Source: an uncultured Chloroflexia bacterium
GTDB taxonomy: Bacteria; Chloroflexota; Limnocylindria; Limnocylindrales; CSP1-4
Assembly (NCBI GenBank): GCA_963721765.1
Contig: CAVRJP010000001.1
Location: forward strand, 590,878 to 654,877
Direction of reading: 5' to 3'
DNA length: 64,000 nucleotides
The translations under genes and the position numbers were made by a program. Below, in pieces: positions 54,788 to 63,054 of this stretch; position 1 is the stretch's first letter, and every line of letters starts with the position of its first letter. The notes beneath the pieces are model-generated. The model had not been told where the DNA came from. It ran no database searches and saw only the letters and a list, made by a program, of their open reading frames with translations.

Positions 54788-56692
54788 ATGGGCGGCCGGC
54801 CACCCGTCGTTAACGATCTACACGTGGCCACAGTTGAAGACGCGCGCCCGACGTTCGGCGATCGACCTCGTCCGAAACGGCAGGTGCTGCTCACCATCGT
54901 CTTCGGCGTCTTGCTGGTCGTCGTCGGCGTGACCGCGACCTCGCAGGCGATCATGGTCAGCGTCTACGCGTCGGCCTCCACGCTCAACGCGATCGTCCAG
55001 AGCGACATGGCGACCGTGCGGGGCTTCGTCAGCCAGGGGCTGAGCCCGGAGATCGTCGAGAACCGCGGCCTGCCACCCGAGCAGCTCGCTGAGCTCGAAC
55101 GCCTGCTTGCTACGATCCTGGCGAAGGGCGAGATCCTCCAGGTCGAGCTGCGGCTCCCGGACGGGCGAGTCGTCGCGGCGAGCAACGCTGCGGTCACCGG
55201 CACCCAGGTCACCGGGGGGCCAGGGTTCCAGCAAGCGCTCGCCGAAGGCCAGGCGCAGCTTGCCCTTGTCGATGCGCCCGAATCGGAGGCCGCGCCGGGA
55301 TCGTCGCTGGCCTCGACGAGCCTGCTCCGCGAGTACCTCCCGCTGACCCTCAACGGCGAGGTGGTCCTCGTCGTCGCGCTCTGGCGGGACGCGCTGCCGA
55401 TCACCAACGCCCTGGGCGACCTTCGCAACAACGTCGTCATCGTCACGATCACGGCCGCGATCATCGCCTCGATCTTCCTGTACCTCGTGTTCCGCAGCGC
55501 GCAGGGCCGGCTGGCCCGACAGTCGCAGGCCCTGTTGGAGGCGAGCCTGCGCGACCCGCTCACCGGCACGCTCAACCACGGGACGCTCGTCGGGCGCCTG
55601 GCGACCGAGATCGAGCGCGCACGTGGCGATGGCACGAGCCTCGGCGTCGCGCTCATCGACCTCGACGGCTTCCGCCTGCTCAACGACACGCATGGCCACG
55701 GCGCCGGGGACGAGGCCCTGCTCGCGGTCGTCGGGCAGCTCGAGACGACGTTTTCCGATGAGCTCCTCATGGGTCGCTACGGCCCGGACGAGTTCCTGCT
55801 CGTGTCGGCGACGCAGGACGCCGAGGCACTTCGGCCGGTCGTCCAGCAGTTCGTGGACGACCTCGCCAAGGTCGAGCTGCAGTTCGAGGCGACCGAGCGG
55901 CTGCCGATCACAGTCAGCGTGGGCCTCGCCACGTATCCGACGCATGGCGCTTCGGTGACGACGCTGCTCTCCGCCGCAGTCACGACGCTCGAGGACGCCA
56001 AGGGGAGCGGCGGCAATGCCGTCCGAATCGCGAGTGTCGATGACGAGGCGGCCGACGTCGACGGCGCCTCCAGCTTCGACGTCCTGAAGGGCCTCGTCAT
56101 CGCCGTCGATACGAAGGATCGCTACACGAAACGGCACTCCGAGGACGTCGCCCGCTATGCCGTGTTCATCGCCGAGCGGATGGGCCTCGATGACGAGACG
56201 ATCCAGACCATCCATGTCTCGGGGCTGCTCCACGACGTGGGCAAGATCGGAATCCCCGACCAGGTCCTGCGCAAGCCCAGCCGGCTCACCGCGCAGGAGC
56301 TGGACGTCATCGCCCAGCACGTCGTCCTCGGCGAGATGATCGTTCGCGACTTGCCCGATATCGACCGTGTCCGCGAAGGGATCAAGTACCACCACGAACG
56401 CTGGGACGGCCGGGGCTATATCGAGGCGCTGCGCGGCGAGGACATCCCGCAGATCGGTCGCATCCTCGCGGTTGCCGACACCTTCTCGGCGATGACCACG
56501 ACCCGGCCATACCGCAAGGCGTTGGATCTCAAGGAGGCCCTGGCGCGGCTCGGCGACGCCGCCGGGAGCCAGCTCGACGAGGCGATCGTCAAGGCCTTCC
56601 TCGACGGCCTCGAGCAAGCGGCCGATCCGCCACTGCCGGGCACCGAAGTTCAGTCAACGCGCTTCTGGACTCCCCTCCGGAGAGCCGCTTGA
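54788..56692 (+). CDS. membrane sensor with GGDEF-like (GPDEF) and HD-GYP domains
   Basis: Two TM segments flank a ~190-aa extracytoplasmic region. RDPLTGTLNH...RYGPDEFLLV (GGDEF variant). HDVGKIGIPD and HHERWDGRGY (HD-GYP). The start is uncertain (54677-54830). Confidence 0.85.
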   Translation: MGGRPPVVNDLHVATVEDARPTFGDRPRPKRQVLLTIVFGVLLVVVGVTATSQAIMVSVYASASTLNAIVQSDMATVRGFVSQGLSPEIVENRGLPPEQLAELERLLATILAKGEILQVELRLPDGRVVAASNAAVTGTQVTGGPGFQQALAEGQAQLALVDAPESEAAPGSSLASTSLLREYLPLTLNGEVVLVVALWRDALPITNALGDLRNNVVIVTITAAIIASIFLYLVFRSAQGRLARQSQALLEASLRDPLTGTLNHGTLVGRLATEIERARGDGTSLGVALIDLDGFRLLNDTHGHGAGDEALLAVVGQLETTFSDELLMGRYGPDEFLLVSATQDAEALRPVVQQFVDDLAKVELQFEATERLPITVSVGLATYPTHGASVTTLLSAAVTTLEDAKGSGGNAVRIASVDDEAADVDGASSFDVLKGLVIAVDTKDRYTKRHSEDVARYAVFIAERMGLDDETIQTIHVSGLLHDVGKIGIPDQVLRKPSRLTAQELDVIAQHVVLGEMIVRDLPDIDRVREGIKYHHERWDGRGYIEALRGEDIPQIGRILAVADTFSAMTTTRPYRKALDLKEALARLGDAAGSQLDEAIVKAFLDGLEQAADPPLPGTEVQSTRFWTPLRRAA

Positions 56693-57904
56693 CGCTGGTT
56701 CAGCGTCGTGCGGCGAGCGTCCTCACGATCCTGCTTCTCGCCTTCATCACGCCGTCCGTCGCACTTGCCGCAAGGGCGTGGCAACTCAACGTGGCCCCGT
56801 CGACGCTGGTCGTCGATACCCAGACGGCCATCACACTCACCGTCACGAACACCGGCGGCAACGGTGGCGGCGATGAGATGGCCTGCATCAGGATCCAGGT
56901 GCCGTCGAGCTTCCAGATCGCCAACGTCAAGGTCGTGTCGGTCCACGGACAGACGTCGGGCGCGGCGTTCGATGCCTGGACCTCGGTGTGGCCCGGTGGC
57001 TCGGTGGCGACCTTCAAGGAGCCCGGCGACGATTACCCGCTCGTCGGGAGCAGCCCTCCGGAAGATCAAGCAGTGTTCAGGATCACAGGGACTGCCACAA
57101 GCCTCGGTGCCATGACCTGGGCGGTGTCAGCGGCCGATCATCCCAGCTCGGGCACCAACACGAACTGCGGTTCCGGAAACTTCCCGAGCAAGTCACCCAC
57201 GTTCGACGTCGAACCGGGTAGTGGGCCGACGCCTCCACCAACGCCGACGCCTCCACCAACGCCGACGCCTGCGCCGACGCCCGTGCCTACCGCGGCGTCC
57301 ACACCTACGCCTGCGCCGCCCGCGACACCGAAGCCACCACCGACGCCGACACCGACTCCTCCGGCAACGCCGAGGCCCGGCGCGACAGCGACCCCGCCTC
57401 CCACACCTACTGCCACGGCTCGCTCGACCGCCAGACCCGAGTCGTCGTTGCCGCCTGGCGCAACGCCGGAGCCGTCGCCTGGCGCCGGGGCGACCCCGAG
57501 CGCTTCATTCGGTGCATCCCCGGAGCCAGCCACGTCGCCTGGTGGCGAGCGACCCACCCGGCTTCGCGAGCCCCGAGCCGTCATCGACCGGATCCGGTTC
57601 CGGCGGCGGAACGGGCGGAGCGGGCTTCGGGGTTGCCGGAGATGGCTCCGACGGCAGCGACGCCGTCTCGCCGGCGGGTCTCGACGGCACGGTTATCGAG
57701 GCGCTCAACGGACTCCCAGGTGGCGTCCTCGCGTGGGCCTACCCGACCTTCGTCCTCGCGATCCCGGGGATCGTCCTGCTGCTCGCCGTCGGCGCCCAGG
57801 CATTCGGCGCGCTGGCCTGGCTCCCGCTCGTACGCCGACGCCTCGGCGACTTCGGCTTCGAGCGCCAGCCCCACAAGGGTGGCGGGGCGCGACCTTCTTC
57901 GTGA
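56689..57904 (+). CDS. secreted Ig-like/PT-linker/C-terminal-anchor protein, paralog A, apparent frameshift ~57547-57553
   Basis: TTG start overlaps the upstream stop. Signal peptide, then a ~150-aa beta-rich domain (TLTVTNTGG), then a Pro/Thr linker in ORF 56689..58041. The conserved C-terminal anchor is in ORF 57221..57904 (next frame). Confidence 0.65.
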
Positions 57905-57913
57905 CGCCTCGTC

Positions 57914-58041
57914 GGAGCCAGCTCGACCAGGTGACCGCAACGGCGTTCCTGCACGCGCTCGACCAGGCTGGTGATCCGCCGCTCCCGGGAATCGAGATCC
58001 CGTCGACGCCCTTCTCGATCCAGCCCCGCCGCGCGTCCTGA
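57914..58041 (+). pseudogene. duplicated remnant of the HD-GYP gene 3' end
   Basis: SQLDQVTATAFLHALDQAGDPPLPGIEIPSTPFSIQPRRAS parallels the true C-terminus SQLDEAIVKAFLDGLEQAADPPLPGTEVQSTRFWTPLRRAA (56570-56692). Confidence 0.7.
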
Positions 58042-58050
58042 AGGATTCCC

Positions 58051-59214
58051 ATGCGTCGCGTCACGCTGGTCGGCATCGTTTTCGTATTGGCATTTGCGCT
58101 GCCAGGCCAGGTGCTGGCCGCGCGGTCATGGACCGTCGTCGCCGACCCGGATTTACTGACCATCGACATCACCACGAACATCGACCTGACGGTCACGAAC
58201 ACGGGCAGCTCCGGGAACGGAATGCGCTGCGTTCGGGTTCAGGTTCCAGCCGATTTCGAGATCGAAGATGCGTCTGTGCGATCGATCAATGGCTCGAGCG
58301 GCGGGGGCTTGCTGGGGTGGACCGCGTCATGGTCCGGCGGCTCAATCGTCGTGTTCAGGAGCGGGCTCCTGGGCGGGGCGCTCGGCGAGGACGACTGGGC
58401 GGTCTTCCGCATCACCGGTCACGCGCACACGCCCGGCCAATGGAGTTGGACGGCGAACGCGGCGGACAACACCGGAGTGGGCAATTCGTGCGGCGCAAAT
58501 CCCTATCCGGCTTTGGACGTGGAGTTTGACGTGAATGGCCCGGCCGCGACGCCAGCTCCGACGCCGACACCCACGCCGACACCCGCACCGACCCCAACAC
58601 CGGCACCGACACCACCACCGACGGCGCCTCCGCCGCCGACGCAGGCGCCCACGCCGACGCCGGGTCCCGGCGCAACGCCAAAGCCCACGGTGAAGCCGTC
58701 GACCCCGCCCGGCGCGACACCGCGTCCGACTGCCGAACCCACGGCGCGGCCGGGCGCAACGTCGCCGCCCGGCGGAACCCCCGCGCCGTCGGCGAGCGCC
58801 GGGCTCGCGCCGAGTGCGTCACCTGGCGCGTCCGCAGCTCCGTCCGCATCGCCCGGATCGACTGACCTGCCCGGCGTCTCCACTCCGGAGCCGTCTCCCA
58901 CGATCGGACCCGGCTCGGGCGGCGTCGGCAGCGGCAGTGGGGCTGGCGGGAGCGCGTTCGGTGTCGCGGGTGATGGCTCCGACGGCAGCGGCGCGGTCTC
59001 GCCGGCGGGTCTCGACGGCACGGTTATCGAGGCGCTCAACGGACTCCCAGGTGGCTTGCTCGCGTGGGCCTACCCGACCTTCGTCCTCGCGATCCCGGGA
59101 ATCCTCCTCCTGCTCGCCGTCGGCGCCCAGGCATTCGGCGCGCTGGCGTGGCTCCCGCTCGTGCGGCGACGCCTCGGCGACTTCGGCTTCGAGCGGCGGA
59201 AGCCCGGGACCTGA
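58051..59214 (+). CDS. secreted Ig-like/PT-linker/C-terminal-anchor protein, paralog B (intact)
   Basis: 387 aa. Signal peptide, DLTVTNTGSSGNG domain, a PT-rich linker, and a GDGSDGSGAVSPAGLDGTVIEALNGLPGG + two-helix hydrophobic anchor + RRRLGDF tail. Confidence 0.7.
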   Translation: MRRVTLVGIVFVLAFALPGQVLAARSWTVVADPDLLTIDITTNIDLTVTNTGSSGNGMRCVRVQVPADFEIEDASVRSINGSSGGGLLGWTASWSGGSIVVFRSGLLGGALGEDDWAVFRITGHAHTPGQWSWTANAADNTGVGNSCGANPYPALDVEFDVNGPAATPAPTPTPTPTPAPTPTPAPTPPPTAPPPPTQAPTPTPGPGATPKPTVKPSTPPGATPRPTAEPTARPGATSPPGGTPAPSASAGLAPSASPGASAAPSASPGSTDLPGVSTPEPSPTIGPGSGGVGSGSGAGGSAFGVAGDGSDGSGAVSPAGLDGTVIEALNGLPGGLLAWAYPTFVLAIPGILLLLAVGAQAFGALAWLPLVRRRLGDFGFERRKPGT

Positions 59215-59236
59215 CCCGCGACATCGGCGCCGCTCC

Positions 59237-59266
59237 TTGACGCCTCATCGGCGGCGTGCCTAGACT
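59237..59266 (+). promoter_or_regulatory. promoter candidate for the T-box leader / trp operon
   Basis: TTGACG (59237-59242), 18-nt spacer, TAGACT (59261-59266). Confidence 0.45.
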
Positions 59267-59299
59267 CCGCGCCTAACCGAATACGGGCTACGAACGGGA

Positions 59300-59601
59300 C
59301 GAGTACCCGTCGAGCGTCGGCAGAGAGACCCGGTGGCTGGTGGAAACCGGGGCGACGGCGGCGGCGAATGGACCCGGGAGCCTCCGGACCGAACGGTGAG
59401 CGCCGGTTTTGAGCGGCGCGGTGCGGCGAGAGCCGCAGGGCCAAGTAGGCTCCGGCGCAGAGCGCCAGCGATAGCGGGCAGCGCCGATCGGTCGGTCGAG
59501 AGACGGACCCGTCGGTCAGGAAAGTGCGGCATCGCCGAATGAGGGTGGCACCGCGGAAGGCTCGACCTTTCGTCCCGGGGACGAGAGGTCGTTTCGATTC
59601 T
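59300..59601 (+). promoter_or_regulatory. T-box riboswitch leader, tryptophan (UGG) specifier, with terminator
   Basis: AGAGA at 59322-59326. GAAUGGA specifier context at 59366-59372. T-box sequence AAUGAGGGUGGCACCGCGG at 59538-59556. Hairpin CGACCUUUCGUC-CCGGG-GACGAGAGGUCG at 59563-59591 with a UUUCGAUUCU tail. Confidence 0.8.
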
Positions 59602-59646
59602 CGGGCCGACCTGGACGACGAAGCAGCTCAACCGGAGGCGCCGCAC

Positions 59647-61330
59647 GTGACCACGACGGACCCGCTCAGCCTCGCCCAGGCGAAGCGGCTCGCTGGCAAT
59701 GCCGACACGCTGCTCCTGCGGGCGACGCGCTCCGCCGACCTCGAGACGCCCATCGGCGCATTCCTCCGGCTCGATGACGGGACGACGCCTGCGTACCTCC
59801 TCGAGTCGGTCGAGGGCGGGGAGCGCTTGGGCCGGTACTCGTTCCTCGGCATCGGGCCACGGCAGCTGCTCGAGGTCCGCGACGGCAAGGCGCGCATCCA
59901 GGAGCGCCCGGTCACCGTGGATCGGTACGACCCCGAGCTTCCCGTCCGGACCACCGATGCCGCGGATCCGCTGGCAGCGCTGCGATCTTTCGTCGGCCGA
60001 CGTCGGGTTGAGCCAAGGGACGACATGCCGCGCTTCACGGGCGGCGCCGTCGGGGCCCTCGCCTACGACGCGGTCTCGATCTTCGAGCCGACCGTGCCCC
60101 TCCCGGACGCACGATCCCGTCGGGACGCCCACGGCGGCGTTCATCGAGACCGACCTCGTCCTGGTCTTCGATCACCTGACCCACACGTTGTCGGCGATCG
60201 CATCGCTGCACACGGACGTGCCGGACCTCGAGGGCCGATATCGGATCGCCGAGGAGGCGATCTTCGAGGCGCTCGAGCGGACCGCTCGACCGTCGGCGGC
60301 CGAGATGGGCACGGCTCCTGTCGGCGGCAGCTCGCTCGGCGCCGGCGGCAGCTCACCCGGTGCCGATGATGCACGGACCGGCATCGCCAACGGCAGGCTC
60401 GATTCGGCGCCCGGATCGCATGGCCTCGCGGCGGACGCCTCGCTCGGCCGGGACGAGTACGTCCACGCCGTCGAGGTCGCGAAGGATGCGATCGCGGCCG
60501 GCGAGGCGATCCAGGTCGTGCTCGCGCGCCGCCAGTCGTTCGACCTCCCGGCGGATCCCGCGACGGGCAAGCAGCTCGACGGAATTGGGCTGTACAGGAG
60601 CCTGCGCCGCGTCAACCCCAGCCCGTACCTGTTCTTCGTCCGCGTCCCCGCGTTCGAGGTCGTCGGGGCGAGCCCCGAGCTGCTCGTCCAGCTGGACGGC
60701 GACAGGCTCACCACGCACCCGATTGCCGGCACGCGCCCCCGTGGCGCCACGCCCGAGGAGGACCGGATCCTCGCCGAGCAGCTCCAGCGCGACCCGAAGG
60801 AGCGAGCCGAACATGTGATGCTCGTCGACCTCGGGCGGAACGACCTCGGGCGCGTTTCCCGCCCCGGCACCGTGACGGTGAGCAAGTACATGGATGTCGA
60901 GCGCTACAGCCACGTCCTCCATCTCGTGTCGCACGTCGAGGGCCGGATCAAGCCCGACCTCGACGCCCTCGATGCGCTTCGCGCCGTCTTCCCGGCCGGC
61001 ACGCTCTCCGGCGCGCCGAAGGTCCGCGCGATGCAGCTCATCGCGGCCGCGGAGGGGGAGCGGCGCGGCCTGTACGGCGGTGCGGTCGGCTACCTCGGCT
61101 ACGACGGCAACCTCGACACGGCGATCACGATCCGCAGCGCGGTGCTGCGCGAGGGTCGGGCGCACGTGCACACGGGAGCGGGAATCGTCGCGGGCTCCGT
61201 GCCCGAGAAGGAGTTCGAGGAGACCGAGCACAAGGCGATGGCCCTCCGGCGCGCGATCGAGGAGGCCGTCCAGCCGGCCAGCCCTCGCGCATCGGCCGGC
61301 GCCCGAGCCGCCGCGGAGACCCCGGCATGA
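59647..61330 (+). CDS. trpE: anthranilate synthase component I, apparent 1-nt frameshift at ~60106-60112
   Basis: GGAGG + GTG 59647. The N-terminal part (LLESVEGGERLGRYSFLG...AYDAVSIFEPTVPLPD) is in ORF 59524..60369. The rest (HDPVGTPTAAFIETDLVLVFDH...GTLSGAPKVRAM...GGAVGY) is in ORF 59699..61330. Confidence 0.9.
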
Positions 61331-63054
61331 TCCTCGTGATCGACAACTACGACTCGTTCACGTTCAACCTCGTGCAGGCGCTCGAAGCGGCGGGAGCGAC
61401 GGTGAAGGTCGTGCGCAACGACGCGATCGACCGATCGGGGATCGAGGGGCTCGCGACGGACGAGTCGGCCGATCTCAAGGGGATCGTCATCTCGCCCGGC
61501 CCCGGCGACCCCGACGCCGCGGGCGTTTCGATGGACGCCGTTCGTGTCGCGACAGAGCGCGAGATCCCGCTGCTCGGCGTCTGCCTCGGGATGCAGTCGA
61601 TGGCCCAGGTCTACGGTGCGTCGATCGTCCGCGCCCCGACGCTCGTCCACGGCGAGGCAGCCGAGGTCACCCATGACGGCGCGGGGCTGCTCGAGGGCAT
61701 GCCGCCCGCGTTCATGGCCGCGCGCTACCACTCGCTGTGCGTCGACGCCGCGACGCTCCCGCCGGAGCTGCGCGTCACCGCGATGAGCGAGGAGGACCAG
61801 GTCGTGATGGGCCTGCGCCACGCCACGCTCCCGCTCGAGGGCGTGCAATTCCACCCGGAGAGCGTGCTCACGCCCCAGGGCCCCCACCTGCTCGCGAACT
61901 TCCTGCGCCAGGCGGGCGAGGGCGACGGCTCGCGCCTCGATGCCGTCAGCGGCTCGTTCGCGACCTCGGGCATGGCCGAGCCGAACGAAGCGCTCGGGAG
62001 CGCCGCGGTGAGCGACCACGTCCGCGCGGCCCTCGCGTCGATCGTCGAGGGGCGGAGCCTCGGCCTCGACGAGGCCCGGCTTGCGATGGGCTCCGTGATG
62101 GACGGCGAGGCAACGCCCGCGCAGCTGGCGGCATTCCTCGTCGCGCTCCGGATGCGCGGCGAGACGGTCGAGGAGCTGGCCGGCTTCGCGTCGGCCATGC
62201 GCGAGCGGGTGGTCAAGGTCGATGCGCCGATGGACACGATCGACGTCGTCGGCACGGGTGGCGACGGCTCGGGCACGTTCAACATCTCGACAGCTGCCGC
62301 GCTGCTGGTCGCCTCCACGGGCGTGACGGTCGCGAAGCACGGCAACCGCGCCATCACGTCCCGCAGCGGGTCGGCAGACGTGCTCGACGCGCTCGGCGTC
62401 CGGATCGATCACACGGCCGAATCCGCGGCCGTCGCGCTTCGCGCTCTCGGGTTCGCGTTCCTGTTCGCGCCGAGCTTCCATCCGGCGATGCGCCACGCCG
62501 GCCCGACTCGGCGCGAGATCGGCATCCGGACGTCGTTCAACCTCCTCGGTCCGCTGACGAACCCGGCCGGCGCGACGCGGGCGCTCCTGGGCGTGGGCGA
62601 CGCCGCCGCGGCGGAGCGAATCGCGGAGGTGGCGAGACTGCTCGGGACGCAGCGGACGCTCGTCGTCCACGGGGCCGGGGTCGACGAGCTGCCGCTCGAT
62701 GGCACGGGCGTGATCCACGACGTCGGGGGCGACGGTCCGGCCGTCCAGTCGGTCGATCCCGCTGCGCTTGGCTTGGTGCCCGCTGCGACGTCCGAGCTCG
62801 CCGGTGGCAGCGCCGAGGACAACGCCGCGATGATCGAGGCGATCTTCGCGGGCGAGGCGGGGCCGCGTCGAGATGTCGTGCTCCTCAATGCCGGTGCCGC
62901 GCTGGTCGCGGCCGACGTCGGCACGGACCTCGCCGATGGCATCGCCGCCGCGCGCAACGCGCTCGACACCGGGATGCCGCGCGATCTTCTGGCTCGCCTT
63001 CGAGAAGAGCGGACAGCGGCGGAGTCCCCGGCGGCCGTCGGGAGCCCCGCATGA
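61327..63054 (+). CDS. trpGD: bifunctional anthranilate synthase component II (glutamine amidotransferase) / anthranilate phosphoribosyltransferase
   Basis: N-terminal LVIDNYDSFTFNL, GVCLGMQ and FHPES (GATase triad). C-terminal DVVGTGGDGSGTFNIST and KHGNRAITSRSGSADVL (TrpD). A single 575-aa ORF with ATGA overlap to trpE. Confidence 0.9.
   Translation: MILVIDNYDSFTFNLVQALEAAGATVKVVRNDAIDRSGIEGLATDESADLKGIVISPGPGDPDAAGVSMDAVRVATEREIPLLGVCLGMQSMAQVYGASIVRAPTLVHGEAAEVTHDGAGLLEGMPPAFMAARYHSLCVDAATLPPELRVTAMSEEDQVVMGLRHATLPLEGVQFHPESVLTPQGPHLLANFLRQAGEGDGSRLDAVSGSFATSGMAEPNEALGSAAVSDHVRAALASIVEGRSLGLDEARLAMGSVMDGEATPAQLAAFLVALRMRGETVEELAGFASAMRERVVKVDAPMDTIDVVGTGGDGSGTFNISTAAALLVASTGVTVAKHGNRAITSRSGSADVLDALGVRIDHTAESAAVALRALGFAFLFAPSFHPAMRHAGPTRREIGIRTSFNLLGPLTNPAGATRALLGVGDAAAAERIAEVARLLGTQRTLVVHGAGVDELPLDGTGVIHDVGGDGPAVQSVDPAALGLVPAATSELAGGSAEDNAAMIEAIFAGEAGPRRDVVLLNAGAALVAADVGTDLADGIAAARNALDTGMPRDLLARLREERTAAESPAAVGSPA

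Noticed and set aside
56689-59214. A diversity-generating retroelement or phase-variation system acting on the duplicated surface proteins.
   Set aside because: There is no reverse transcriptase, no template/variable repeat pair with adenine-specific differences, and no invertase or inverted repeats flanking a promoter.
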